A model generated the notes under the pieces. That model was not told the origin of the DNA and did not search any database. It saw only the letters and a program-made list of their open reading frames with translations. This document shows positions 39,911-52,730 of a stretch of 64,000 nt of DNA, in pieces; within the stretch, counting starts at the first letter, position 1; each line of letters begins with the position of its first letter. Both the position numbers and the translations under genes were made by a program. This stretch comes from Octopus sinensis (Eukaryota): contig NW_021833120.1 in the NCBI RefSeq assembly GCF_006345805.1, positions 31,033 through 95,032 of the forward strand, written 5' to 3'.

Positions 39911-40339
39911 TATATATAGAGAGATTTTTCATATATTTATATATATTTATATATACATATACATATGTATATACATATATACATACATATATATCAATAT
40001 ATACATATACACTTGTACATATATATATATTTATATGTATATTTTTGTGTTGACATATATATGTGTGTGTGTGTTTGTCAATCTGTCTGTCTGTTTATGT
40101 ATGTGTATACTGGAAAAAGCAGTGGATCTCCGTTGGTTTCGTAATGAATATGAATTCGTTGGAATGAAAAAAGCTGTCTCCAAACGGAATTTGGAAGTAA
40201 CTTATCCTTCCAGACACATGGACCTTTAATTCTCTCACACAATCATCCGCTGCACAATGTTCGTATGTTTTTGCGTATGTATGTCTATGTGTATATGTGC
40301 GTGGATATACCTGTTTATACGTGTGTGTGTGTCTGACAA

Positions 40340-40620
40340 AATCCCTCCAGTTATAGCCCCTCCGAAGCACTTCCAGACGTTTTTTGGCCGACCCAGTTCC
40401 ACTCTCAGGATCTGAATTCTGCCAAAGTATTACTCCGAACAGACTTGCGGATCATGCATTTACATCTTAAATCCAGACGTGATATTTCTAAAAGGCGAGC
40501 GAAGTACAACAGTGCATTAGTTTCCAGAGAAGTAGCTATTTTAGTCACACTCAATACAAGTTGGTGTGAAGACCCATATATGATGGCACTTTTGGTAAAA
40601 ATTCTTTGCCAGCCTGCTTA
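40340..40620 (-). mobile_element. Very old RTE-clade LINE C-terminal remnant
   Basis: Minus translation IIYGS...ARLLEISRLD...FRS*EWNWVGQ resembles LLYG.ETW...LR.IL.ISW.D...R.W.W.GH. Confidence 0.4.
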
Positions 40621-40689
40621 GAATAACCAAAGCTTCTTAAGACAAAATGGAAGCTTTATGAGTTTTGCTGCCCTATAGCATTATACTTG

Positions 40690-41200
40690 CTGTCGTCGTC
40701 ATCATGCTTCTCCCCCTCCGCTTCCTCATCATCCTCCTCTTCCCCATCCAATTCTTCTTCTTCTTCTTCTTCTTCTTCTTCTTCTTCTTCTTCTTCTTCT
40801 TCTCCTTCTTCTTCTTTCTTTTTCTTCTTTTTCTTCTCCTTCCCTCTTCTTCTTCTTTTTCTTCTTCCAATTCTTCTTATTCTTCTTCATCTTCATCTTC
40901 TTCTTCTTCTTTTTCTTCTTCTTGCCCCTCCTCCTCTTCCTCCATCTGCTGCTCACCCTCTCTCCTCCCGCTCCTCTACCTTCTTTTTTTTCTTCTTCTT
41001 CTTTTTCTTCTTCTTGCCCCTCCTCCTCTTCCTCCACCTGCTGCTCACCCTCTCTCCTCCTGCTCCTCTATCTTCGTCTTCTTCTTCTTCTTCGTCTTCT
41101 TCTTCTTCGTCTTCTTCTTCTTCTCCTTCTTCTTCCTTTTCTTCTTCTTCTTCTTCTTCTTCTTCTTCTTCTTCTTCTTTCTTCTTTTCTTCTTCAAGAT
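40690..41200. repeat. (CTT)n/(CCT)n microsatellite with an internal ~65-bp duplication
   Basis: CTTGCCCCTCCTCCTCTTCCTCCA.CTGCTGCTCACCCTCTCTCCTCC occurs near 40921 and again near 41012. Confidence 0.9.
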
Positions 41201-41474
41201 GATCATCGAGATGTTAACCTAACAACATGCTGAGCTACATTTCATTTGACGATCAATTAAACAAGCGCATCACCATAGTTTGTTTTAAAATGTTTCAAAA
41301 TGTTTCCCTAATCTCGCCATCTTTATTCGTTGTCATAAAGTCATCCTTTGCAGGACCCTCCATTTTTCTCATATTTTTGTGATAAACACTCAAACCCCCT
41401 AATGCAGGTGGCGCTCATCACGTTCCAATCGCCTCATAAATACTTGTTCAACAAAATATTGTTGTTGTTGTTAA

Positions 41475-41632
41475 GACGGTGAGCTGGCAGGATTGTCAGC
41501 ACACCGGGGTCGACTATGCAATCCATCTTTTCGCAATCGATAAATTAAGTACCAGCCAAGTATTGGGATCGAGGTAATCGGTTACCCGACTTCCAAAAAT
41601 TTCAGGCCTTGTGCCAATAGTAGAAAGGACTA
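41475..41632 (+). mobile_element. SINE family B, internally deleted copy with (ATT)n tail
   Basis: GACGGTGAGCTGGCAGGATTGTCAGCAC head, ATAAATTAAGTACCAG body and GGCCTTGTGCC tail. Confidence 0.7.
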
Positions 41633-41718
41633 TTATTATTATTATTATTTATTATTATATTATTATTATTATTATTATTATATTATATTATTATTATTAT
41701 TATATTATTATTATTATT

Positions 41719-43957
41719 CAGTAGTTTATTTTTATAGCGTGCTTTCACTTCATACCGAGCACAGCTCTGTGTGCCTGGGTATGTGCTGTGATTTGTTGTG
41801 ATGCTGATGGTTATTGTATGGAAAGTGTTCTGCGTTGAGGATGTGTGCAGTGCCTAGTAGTGCAATTTTCTGTATGTTATTGTGTTGTAAGTCCTGGTGT
41901 TTGTTATGTATTTGCCTAAATATTTTTTATCATGCCTAAGCACCTACTATGATAGGAATTGTTTCTGTTTCAGATTCCACATTCTAGTACCTTTATTTCC
42001 AGGTCTATGTATTTTGAGAGTTTCTCCATTTCTTTTAGGACACGTTGTCATCAGCCGGTATTGATACATCAATTAGAAAGCATTTTTTTTCTTCATGATC
42101 TCTGACAACTATATCTGGTCTGTTGGCCTTAATTTCTCTATCTGTGTGTATCGGCTATCCAGAGTATGGTTGCTTTCTCGTTTTCTGTGACCTTTTCTGG
42201 TGTGTGCCTATACCATCTCTTTTCTGTTGTTATTCCATAATGATGGCATAGCTTCCAATGTATGTAGGTTCCAACTCTGTCATGTCTGTGAATATATCCT
42301 TCTTAGCCAAGACTGGGCAGCTAGAGATAATATGATTTATTGTTCTTGTCCATCTCCACATATTCTGCAGTTACTGTAAATTTCTTTTTCATTACATGTT
42401 TTGGTAATTCTGGTGGGAGGCAGGCTTTGGTCTTGTGCTGCAATTAAAAATCCCTCTGTTTCTGCTTGAGTCCTGAGTTCTCAACCATTGCTGGGATTTT
42501 TCTTGTCTATTTCTTTTGCGTTTAGTTTAGTGCAGTATTTACCATGAAGGGCTTTTTCTTGCCATCGTTTTATCATGGTTCGTTGCTGTTCTATTTTTTT
42601 TGGATTTCATTTGGTTTATAAGCTTTTGTTGTTTCTCCATCTTCTTCTTCTTCTTCATGTTTATTAGGTGGTATGATTCTTGTTGTATTTGTCAGCTTCG
42701 TTAAATACTGAGAACAGTTTTTGTTTTGCTCGTGTTTTGCCGCTGTCTGGATCAGTTTTCCTTCCTTCTGAAGTAGATATTTTTGCAGTCCTATGGTGGT
42801 TTTTTTATAGTAGTTTTCCAGCTGTATAAGCCTCTACCACCTTCCATACGTTGTATATAGTTGTTTCTATGTCAGATTTTGGGTGATGCATCCTAGATCC
42901 TGTCATTATTTTTCTTGTTTTCCTATCTATTTTGGTCAGTTCATTTCGTGTCCAGTTAAGGATATGTAGTGTAAACTTAAACTGGGACAGCTAAAGTGTG
43001 ATACCTATTATCTTGTTTTTAGCATTGAGCTCTGTGTTAGTATTGATCTAACTCGTCTATATATTATTCTTTTTTATTTTCTCTTTCATTTGGTGTGTTG
43101 TGTCTTATCTAGTTCATGGATTCCTAAGTATTTGTAAGTTTGGCTTTGGTCTAATTCTTTTATTTCATTGGTTTTATCTAGTGTGATGTTGTTACTCTTA
43201 ACTAGTTTTCCTCTTTTCAGGGTTACTTTGGCGCATTTTTCTAATCAAATTTCATATCTATTTCTTTGGTAAATCCATGAACTGTCTTTAATAGTGTTTC
43301 CAGATGTTTGTCATTTGCAGCAGTATAGTTTTAGGTCATCCATATATAAAGGTGGCTGATCATTTTGCCGTAACATTTATATCCGCATCCAGTTCTATTT
43401 AGCATATCAGATAGAGGTGACAGTGCCAAGCAGAAAAGGAGTGGAGGAGAGCGTGTCTCCCTGGAATATTCCTCTTCTAATGGGGATGTCTTTGGTTTTA
43501 TGAGTCCCTCTTTTGTTTGAGGTGTAGGACTGTTTGCCATTTATTCATAGAGTGCTCTATGAATTTTATGATTGTTGGTGCTACTTTGTTAATGGCTAGT
43601 GTTTCGAGGATCCATGTTGTGCGGGATGCTATCAAACGCCTTTTTGTAGTCAATCCAGGCCATACTGAGGCCTTTCTTCTTTCTGTGGCTGTCTTCAGTT
43701 ATGGCTTATTAATCATTAGTTGATCTTTACAGCCATATGAGCCTTTGCGGCATCCTTTCTGCTCTTCTGGGAACAGTTTGTTTTCGGTCCAGGTGCTTGT
43801 CAGCCTTTGTGATTCACTGCATTGCAGTAAATGCCTTGAACATAGTATGGAGGCAGGTTATTGGTCTGTAGTTTTCTGGTTTTTCTGTTTCATTTGATTT
43901 GGGAATGGAATTAAGATGGTTTCCCCTTCGTGAGCCATTCAGGCATTGTCTCTATTA
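41719..43957 (-). mobile_element. 5'-truncated R4/Dong-clade non-LTR retrotransposon (RT, CCHC zinc knuckle, RLE), frameshifted
   Basis: Minus motifs ENYRPITCL, EEQKGCRKGSYGCKDQLMINK, AWIDYKKAFDSIPH, RRGIFQGDTLSPLLFCLALSPLS, YMDDLKLY, YKYLGI, CRICGDG..TINHIISSC and ANRPDIVV...CFLIDVSIP. Both ends abut (AAT)n. Confidence 0.93.
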
Positions 43958-44046
43958 TGATTATTATTATATTAATTATTATTATTATTATTATTATTAT
44001 ATTATTATTATTATATTATTATTATTATTATTATTTTATCATTATT

Positions 44047-44087
<41 letters not shown>

Positions 44088-44174
44088 CTATATTATCATT
44101 GTTATTATTATTATTATTATATATCATTATTATCATTGTTATTATTTATTATTATTTTATTATCATTATTATCA

Positions 44175-44223
<49 letters not shown>

Positions 44224-44238
44224 CATTATATCATGTTA

Positions 44239-44271
<33 letters not shown>

Positions 44272-44374
44272 CATTGTTAGTATTATTATTATTATTATCC
44301 TTATTATCATTGTATTATATTGTTATCATTATTATTATTATTATTATTATTATTAATATTATTATCATTGTTAA

Positions 44375-44415
<41 letters not shown>

Positions 44416-44580
44416 TTATTATTATTATCATTATTATCATTGTTAATATTATTATTATTATTATTATCATTATTATCATTGTTATTATTATTATGATTAT
44501 TATTATTATCATTATTATCATTGTTATTATTATCATTATTATTATTATCATCATCATCATCTTTATTATTATTATTATTG
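43958..44580. repeat. Long (ATT)n/(ATC)n microsatellite
   Basis: Direct reading of the sequence. Confidence 0.95.
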
Positions 44581-44772
44581 AAGGCGCATGGTGGTTAGAG
44601 CGTCGACCCCTTTGCCTTTCCCTTGGATAACACTGGTGGCGTGGAGAGGGGAGACCAGTAGGCATGAGCGACTGCTGGTCTTCCATAAACAACCTTGCCC
44701 AGAGTTGTGCCTCGGAGGGTAACTTTCTATGTGCAATCTCATGGTCAATGTCGTGACCGAAGGGGTCTCAGA
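44580..44772 (+). mobile_element. tRNA-headed SINE family D, head internally deleted
   Basis: AGGCGCATGG-TGGTTAGAGCGTCGAC head and TTGTGCCTCGGAGGGTAACTTTCT...GACCGAAGGGGTCT tail, embedded in (ATT)n. Confidence 0.6.
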
Positions 44773-44844
<72 letters not shown>

Positions 44845-45335
44845 CATTTTTGCCATTGTCTTTGCACAGCTTCTAACACTGTAGATGTACTACGATGTCA
44901 GCTCTTCACTTCGAGTGAACAAAGGTAACAGCTCTTATTTTCGAGCACCTTCCGGAGTATTCGATCGGTTCCAAGCAGTGCTGTTTTTTGCAAGTGCTCC
45001 ACCCTTATTGCAGCCCCTATTTGTTCTACGTATTTCTCAAGATTTTTGCTCACTGTTCCCAGGGCTCCGACAATTATTGATACTACTACCACCTTTTTCA
45101 TCGACCACAACTGTTTTACCTCCCAAGATAACCTGTCATACCTATCGACTTTTCTTTCTTCCTTAAGCATACCTTGTTGTCAGCTGGGCATGCCATATCT
45201 ATGACCCAGCATAGTTTGGTCTCTTTCTCAGCTAAGACTATGTCTGACTTCCTATTCTCTATCTCATGGTCGCTCTGAATCATAAGAATCTTTACATTAT
45301 CATTTACGGGTTTGTGGTCATAGCAATTTTTTCGT
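44845..45335 (-). mobile_element. 3' end (RLE domain) of a second R4/Dong-like LINE lineage
   Basis: YDHKP..NDNVKIL..IQSDHEIENRKSDIVLAEKETKLCWVIDMACPAD and KVDRYDRLSWEVKQLW...VSIIVGALGTV...LQKTALLGTDRILRKVL. Flanked on both sides by (AAT)n. Confidence 0.88.
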
Positions 45336-45343
45336 GTCAATTA

Positions 45344-45413
<70 letters not shown>

Positions 45414-46045
45414 ATTATTGTTATTATTGGGCATATTTTAGAAATATTTTCACCTAGGAAAATGTGTGTTGTAGCGAATCAAACTGAAATGGAGTAGCTC
45501 TAAGCGGGAAATAACTTTCGTACTTTTCAAAATTGCTCTTAACTGTGATTTGGACTGTTCCTTCTAGCATACAAGGCGACCTGTTAAGGTTAACCTCTGT
45601 TTGTGTTTAAATGTACACTAATTTTACATACACACACACACATACACACACACTCACACACACATACACACACATAGATATATGTATATATAATTATATA
45701 TATATAGATATATATATTTAAATATATATATATATATTCACCAACACAATACATGTGTATGTATCTATACGCACTCACTCAGACATAAATACACGCACAT
45801 AGATACATATACATATTATATATTATATATTTGTGGGGTGGGGGGGGGTATATACACATAGACGCCTCGTTCAAATGCGGAAGAAACGCCATATTCAGCA
45901 CAGACGCAGCTAGTAACACTGCAGAACAAAACGTGACATAAAAAGATTTTTAATGTGTTTGCCTGGTTCTTTAATTAAAATGAAAAAAACATCTATGGTA
46001 TACTTAAGTGCACACTTTATGTGCGTGCGTGCGCCAGACCTACAT

Positions 46046-46078
<33 letters not shown>

Positions 46079-46379
46079 TATAATATATATAATATATATT
46101 ATATATATATATATATATATATGTGTGTGGTGTGTGTGTGTGTGTGTGTGTGTGTGGTGTGTTGTGTGCATGTGTGGTCTGTGCGCTCGAGAATGTATTA
46201 TTGCTTGTGTATCTATTTATTTATCGTCCCTGTGTAAACCAAGCTGTTTCATGCAGCCAGGTTCTTACGTGCAGATGTAGTGAAGGAGTGGCAACGGAGC
46301 CAATGAAAGATACCATAAAACAGGGACAAATGATATACACTTGCAGTTGTTTCGAGTCTCATAAACCATGTCTCTCGTT

Positions 46380-46392
46380 CGCCCTCTGGTGG
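46380..46392 (-). promoter_or_regulatory. CTCF-type binding motif
   Basis: Minus strand CCACCAGAGGGCG matches the CCASYAGRKGGCR core at all 13 positions and lies in a unique island between microsatellites. Motif match only. Confidence 0.4.
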
Positions 46393-46838
46393 TGAACTTT
46401 TGTAGATTTAAAATTCAGTTGTCAGAAAAGGGCGACCGAGTGAAGTGAAATACATGTTAAATTGATAAGTAAAATGCAACTGAATAACGGAAAACGCACA
46501 CGCGCGCCACACACATATGCATACATACACACACACACATATATATGGATATATGCATGTAAGTGTGTGTGTGTGTGTGTGTAACGCATACATGGCACCA
46601 CCTAAACCAGCACCGAGTCATGTTGACATGTTTATGCTTTTTATGTATTTATTTATGTTTCGTTGTGCACCACCCCCCACCCACACAAACACGCAAACAT
46701 ATACATGTGCATGTCTATACATTTGCATATGTATGCACATAAATGTGTCTATATATCTATAAACAGCATGTTGTATATTTGGAGAATACTTTATAACATA
46801 AATTCATACGTAAATTTTATGTGTGAATTTCTGTGTTC

Positions 46839-46876
<38 letters not shown>

Positions 46877-46956
46877 ATCTATCTATCTATCTATTTATAA
46901 TAAATGCATGCATCTGTTTGAGTGCATCCATGTTCGTATATATGTATGTAACCAAG

Positions 46957-46992
<36 letters not shown>

Positions 46993-47207
46993 GTTTCGTT
47001 TTTTGAATTTGGTTTGCAAGATTCTTTATGTGAATTCGTGTGTTGAAGCATATACTGTTGTGTTTCTGGGGAGAGCCATTTACTTTTTGTGCCTGATAAT
47101 TTAACACACTCACCGTTAAAATTTCCTAACATTTTCGTTGCGTCTTGCAACCTTTTCAATATGCCGAAGAGTCTGTTAAAAGAAAATGACTCTCCCCAAA
47201 CACAACA

Positions 47208-47273
<66 letters not shown>

Positions 47274-47429
47274 CATAGATATAGATATGTGTGTGTGTGT
47301 ATGTATGTATATATATTATATATATATATGTATGTATAATATATATATATAGTATGTGTGTGTACATATATATATATATATGTGTGTGTGTATGTTATAC
47401 ATTCACAGATACATATATATATATTCTTT

Positions 47430-47771
47430 TCTTTTCTTTTCTTTCTTTTATTTGTTACAGTCATTTGACTGGAGCACTGACTTCAGTCGAACAAATCGAC
47501 CCCAGGACTTATTCTTTGTAAGCCTAGTACTTATTCTTTTGCTGAATCGCATACTTACGGGGGACGTAAATACAGACACGCAAACATACACACACACATA
47601 TATATATACGACGGTCTTCTTTTAGTTTCCGTTTACCAAATCCACTCACAAGGCTTTGGTCAGCCCAAGGCTATAGCAGAAAACACTTGCCCAAGGTGCC
47701 ACATAGTGGGCCTGAACCCGGAACCATCTGGTTGGTAAGGAAGCTACTTACCACACAGCCACTCCTGCACC
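47430..47771 (-). mobile_element. SINE family A, near-full copy
   Basis: Reverse-complement head CTACTTACCACACAGCCACTCCTGCACC. Body CCAAATCCACTCACAAGGCTTTGGTC and GACCCCAGGACTTATTCTTTGTAAGCCTAGTAC. Confidence 0.9.
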
Positions 47772-47814
47772 TATATAAATATGCATGTATGGTTTGAAAT
47801 ATATTATTTCCATT

Positions 47815-47945
47815 ATCATTTTTATCGTTTACTTTTTATTCGTTGCGCTCATTAGACTGCGGCCATTCCGGGGCACCACCGTAAAGATTGTTAATCGACC
47901 TCTGTTCTTATTTTTTTCAAGCCTAGTACTTATTCTATCGGTTGT
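47815..47945 (-). mobile_element. SINE family A, 3' fragment
   Basis: CATTAGACTGCGGCCATTCCGGGGCACCACC and AAGCCTAGTACTTATTCTATCGG. Confidence 0.7.
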
Positions 47946-48008
47946 CGATCGGTAGTGGTGGAGGACAACACGCACACACAACACACACATACACACACGC
48001 GCGTACCC

Positions 48009-48052
<44 letters not shown>

Positions 48053-48279
48053 CTTTTTCTTCTTCTTATTCTCTTTTTCCTTTTCTCTTCTCTTTTAGTC
48101 CCTTCCCCCCTTTTTCCTCCTCCTTTATTTTCTCTTTTTCTCTATTCCCTTCCCTTTTCTATTCTTTGCCTCTCTAGAAAGCCCTTCAGCCTTTAAAAGT
48201 TAAATAGCTACAGCCTCTTGTAAATAGCAGTAATGTGATTAATGTGGCAAATACCTAATCATATAACAAGAATTGATAC

Positions 48280-48940
48280 CTACCTCATTGTGTTCAACCA
48301 TTGATAAATTTATCGCCTGTGAATATGAAATTCCTCTTCATTTCTCTGGAAATTTACATCTACACCCATTGGAAATTGTGCATCTATACAAAGGATTATT
48401 CACCCTCTCTGTAATGCTAATAAGCAGGAAGTGAGACCCACCTCGTTGTGATTAACAATGGATAAATTTGTCTTCTGTGGTTATGTAATCCCTCATCATA
48501 TCTCTGGAAATTCATATGTGCACTATGGATTAGGTCACCTTCTCTGTGATGCTATTAAAACTTTTTTAAAATTCTGTGATAAGACTGTACATCATCTTTA
48601 AAGAACTTTAATGAACTTTGGAAATCTGTTTATGTTACTTAATTATCTACATTACTTCATGAGTATAGCCTCAACCACTAGGATGTCTGGAGAACTCACA
48701 TGTATTTTAGCTGATGAGTACGGGACACGTTTATATGCTGTAATTTTTACAACTTTTAATAAAGCCTGTCCTTGTATGAAACGATTGTACTAAAAACCTA
48801 TCCATTCTTGTTGCTTCTTTCTCGCTTATAATCACCCCACATTACTGTTTGTTAAACAGTATAGTTTTTTTTGGTGCATCTAAGTTAGGTACCGTATTCA
48901 AGTAAATTCATTTAAATTAACTTGAATCTTTATTTTTTTT
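48280..48940. repeat. Family Z repeat with an internal ~155-bp diverged tandem duplication
   Basis: ACCTC.TTGTG.T.AAC.AT.GATAAATTT.TC.CTGTG...TCTCTGGAAATT occurs near 48282 and near 48440. The 3' part matches 33320-33775. Confidence 0.7.
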
Positions 48941-48955
48941 GTATATATATATATA

Positions 48956-49003
<48 letters not shown>

Positions 49004-49007
49004 TACG

Positions 49008-49540
49008 CACAGGCTTCTTTCAGTTTCCGTCTACCAAATCTACTCACAAGGTTTTCATTAGCCCGAAGCTATAGTAGAAGAAACATGCCCAAGGCCCCTC
49101 ACAGTGTGACTGAACCAGGAACCATGTGGTTGGGAAGCAAAGTTACCCCACCCACGCCTTCGCCTTGCACACTCTACTTTTTACTCTTTTACTTGTTTCA
49201 GTCATTTGACTGTGGCCATGCTGGAGCACCGCCTTTAGTCGAGTAAATCGACCCCAGGACTTACTCTTTGTAAGCCTAGTACTTATTCTGTAGGTCTCTT
49301 TTGCTGAACCGCTGAGTTACGGGGACGTAAACACACCAGCATCGGTTGTCAAGCGATGTTGAGGGGACAAACACAGACATACAAACATTTACACACACAT
49401 ATATATACATATATATGACGGTCTTCTTTCAGTTTCCGTCTACCAAATCCACTCACAAGGCTTTGGTTGGCCCGAGGCTATAGAAGAATACACTTTCCCA
49501 AGGTGCCACGCAGTGGAACTGAACCCGGAACTATGTGGAA
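49008..49540 (-). mobile_element. Two adjacent SINE family A copies (49008-49145 head only; 49175-49540 near full)
   Basis: TTTCAGTTTCCGTCTACCAAATC.ACTCACAAGG occurs at about 49019 and 49427. Tail CAGTCATTTGACTGTGGCCATGCTGGAGCACCGCC is at 49199. Confidence 0.88.
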
Positions 49541-49979
49541 GCCATATTTATATTACAGTATAACTCCAAAATAAACACACAAACAACAAATCAAATAAAT
49601 CCCACATGACATCTGGCATGCAAACTTCACGGTCCCCAAAACTGGTCACAGCTAAACAAATTAACACATGACGGTTGACATAGACGGTTCTTGAAAATGA
49701 GATTGTGAAATTTTCGAAACGTCAAATATTATTATGAATAGTCATTATTTTTTTGTTAAATATTTAGGTAATTAGATATTGACTATAACAGATTTGTGGG
49801 TTTATTACGTTTTTTTAAAGCCATATTATATCTGAATAGATAAATACATTTTCTATCTATTCTTACCTTAAAAATTAATACTTAAAAATTAATATTTAAC
49901 ATTATAATCGATTATATGACATAATCATAATCGTTAAAATTTTTAGTTTGATAATAGAGTTTTTTATAAAAGAATTTAT

Positions 49980-50385
49980 TATTTTATTTATTTAACCTGA
50001 AGATTGACTATAACCATAATTCGAATTATTAATTGAATTTAAATTATTGTTATTCGAATTAGGTTATGGGCGTGAAACGATCGTAGTGGTTTTACTTTTT
50101 ATCTTATATTAAACTTTTTAATACAAAATAAATATAATAAAAATAAATAATCTATATATATATATATAATTATTATATATTAAATTTATTAAAATAAAAA
50201 TAAAATTAATAATTAAAATTTTTTTAATTTTTAACTTTAAATTTAAATAATTTAAATTTTGAATTTTTATTTTTATAATTTGTATATTATGTGATTAATT
50301 TTATTTCTATGTTTTGGTTTATGTTTTTCACTGTTTGATTTGCCTAATAGTGGTTTTATCTCTAATTTAAATATTATTTATACTG
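49980..50385 (+). mobile_element. AT-rich Penelope-type terminal element with a hammerhead motif with long stem II
   Basis: CTGAAGA at 49997-50003. Stem II arms ATAACCATAATTCGAAT / ATTCGAATTAGGTTAT. GAAA at 50074, palindromic ACGATCGT, then A. Homologous to 16625-16856. Confidence 0.55.
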
Positions 50386-50457
50386 TAAAATTGATTTAAT
50401 CATAATCTAACTTTTCCCTGTAAGTTTGGATTACTCCCTAATATTATATAATATAAC

Positions 50458-50491
<34 letters not shown>

Positions 50492-50884
50492 GGTGGTGTA
50501 TAGATGGATACATAATGTGTGTTTGACTTCATGTGTGTGTATTTGTGTGTGTATGCTATGTAATTTCCCATTCGTTCTTGTCTACTAAAATACCCGTTCT
50601 ATAATTCATCTCTCCTACCACCATTCCTCTCCCACACTTATATTCACGAAAATCTCTCCTGTCCGCTTACATCAATAAAACCATATTCCAGAAAACTTCC
50701 AATAAAATTTCGACCAACACAAAGCTGTCTTCTTCTCTATAAAGCTATTGTAGTTTTATTACTTGTAAGTCTGTTGTTAATAAATTGTGAAACTGTTATA
50801 AAAACAGTTGTGAAATGCATGGAATATCTCCGTGTTGTGAAGATCATTAACATGTTCCGGGTCGTTTGCTTCATATTTAGAATG

Positions 50885-51528
50885 TACATTAGTTTCAGAT
50901 TTTGGTACAAGGCTAGCAATTTCAGGGGAGGAGGGTAAGGCGATGTTATCGATTTTATGTGCTCAACTGGTACTTATTTTATTGACATCGAAGGGATGAA
51001 AAGCAACGTCTACCTCTGCATAATTTGAACGCGGAACGTAAAAACGAACGAAATGCCGCAAAACATTTTGTCCGACGTGTTGACGATTCTGTCAGCACAC
51101 CGCCTTAAATATTTAGAATGTCGTTTGGTTTCAAATTTTGGCACAAAACCAGCCATTCCGACGGAGGGAGGGAGGGAGGGGATAAGTCGATATCTTCGAC
51201 TCCCGGCACTCAAGTAGTACATAACTTATCGAACCCGAAAGGATGAAAGGCAAGGTTGACCTCAGCGGAATTTGAACTCAGAACGTAAAGACAAACTATC
51301 GGTAAGCATTTCGCCTGGCGTGCTAATGTTTCTTATTTCTTTATTGCCCATAAGGGGCTAAACATAGAGGGGACAAACAAGGACAGACAAAGGGATTAAG
51401 TCGATTACATCCCGAAAGGATGAAAGGCAAGGTCGACCTCAGCGGAGTTTGAATTTAAAAAGTAAAGACCAATAAAATGCCGCTAAGCGTTTCACCCGGT
51501 GCGGTAAAGATTCCACCTGCTCGTCACA
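50885..51528 (-). mobile_element. Three head-to-tail or nested SINE family B copies (50885-51106, 51125-51325, 51326-51528)
   Basis: The GGATGAAA.GCAA.GT..ACCTC block occurs three times. The third copy has a different tail (GCCCATAAGGGGCTAAACATAGAGGGGACAAACAAGG) and replaces the head of the second. Confidence 0.85.
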
Positions 51529-52394
51529 TTATTTAGACTGTATGTTGACCATATTTTACACCTACTGTGTGTTTCGATGGAATCGATCCCCGATCCATTC
51601 GTCACCAGGTGTTTTTATTTCTGATTATTTAGAATATGCTAAAGGAATCGCTACGAATTTTACACTCACAAAAGTTTTACAAAATTTATTTGAACTGTTT
51701 TCAAACCACTATATGAAGTTGCGCGGAATAGTCAAGAGTTTTGAAATCATGGCTGTAAAATCGAGGTTTCGATTCATGGGTAGCACCTTGTGTTTTTCAA
51801 CAAAACATTTAATTTTACGTTGCTATAGTCAACTCTGTTGAAATATTGAGTTGCAGCAATAGGTGAGAGTTAGATCTGCAAAGTACTGGTTACTCATCTA
51901 GGATGGAAATTATTGTACTCTCGGTCGCTTATACGCCAACTAAATCGAGTTAAACTGATAATCCTGTCACCTCGAGGCAAAATTGAATTTTTGTAACCTT
52001 GTGGAACTTTAACGATCATTACCGTTCAACATCAAATTTAATTGTAATAGTGTCGTCAAAATCCTCTTGTCTATTTGATGGATTTTATCCATTGTAGAAT
52101 GAACAGTAGTGAAACCTCATTGATAATATCGTGATTGAAGAAAATTCATGGCCGAAGACGTTCCAGCCATGAACATTCAGATTCTTCTCAGGCAAAGTGT
52201 ATCACGGGCGGCTATATAAAGAAATTTTTTTCTGCTTTAAATTACACTAGGCTGTTAGCTGACAGAAATTAGGAATCTATTTCGAGCAGGTTGTATGACC
52301 GTAGAAAATCTCCATCGTTATCTCAGGAGTAAAAGAATATTTAAATAATGTAAAGTATAGAAGCCATCTTATCATGGCTAACCACATAGGGGAG

Positions 52395-52600
52395 GGGTTG
52401 TTACTGTAGCTTTATAGCCCCAAGAGATCGTCGTCTCCAGCTGGCTTTAGACACCATATCAGTGCCCTTGAAGTATTTGCAAAGGGAGGCCATCCCTTCC
52501 TCGCAAGCCTGAGTGATACGTTCGGACTAGTTTCGGGATTTTTGTCCCTTGTCAACGGGCGGTAACCACCAGGATGCGACGAAAGTGAAGGCTTCCTTGC
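52395..52600 (+). repeat. Family Y interspersed repeat, second copy
   Basis: Homologous to 20355-20530. Confidence 0.65.
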
Positions 52601-52730
52601 AAATATATAAGAGTTTTTGTAGTGGCGTTTGCCACTGATTTCGAAAAACTGACAGTAAGCATAATTAAATCTCAGAATGAGATTGAAACAGTAATCGCTC
52701 GATAATGTAAAATATAGAAGCCATCTTCTT

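Noticed and set aside
49686-49732. TTGAAAATGAG...TTCGAAACGTCA hammerhead echo
   Set aside because: The CUGANGA core has two mismatches and stem II pairs poorly. It is at most a dead PLE end.
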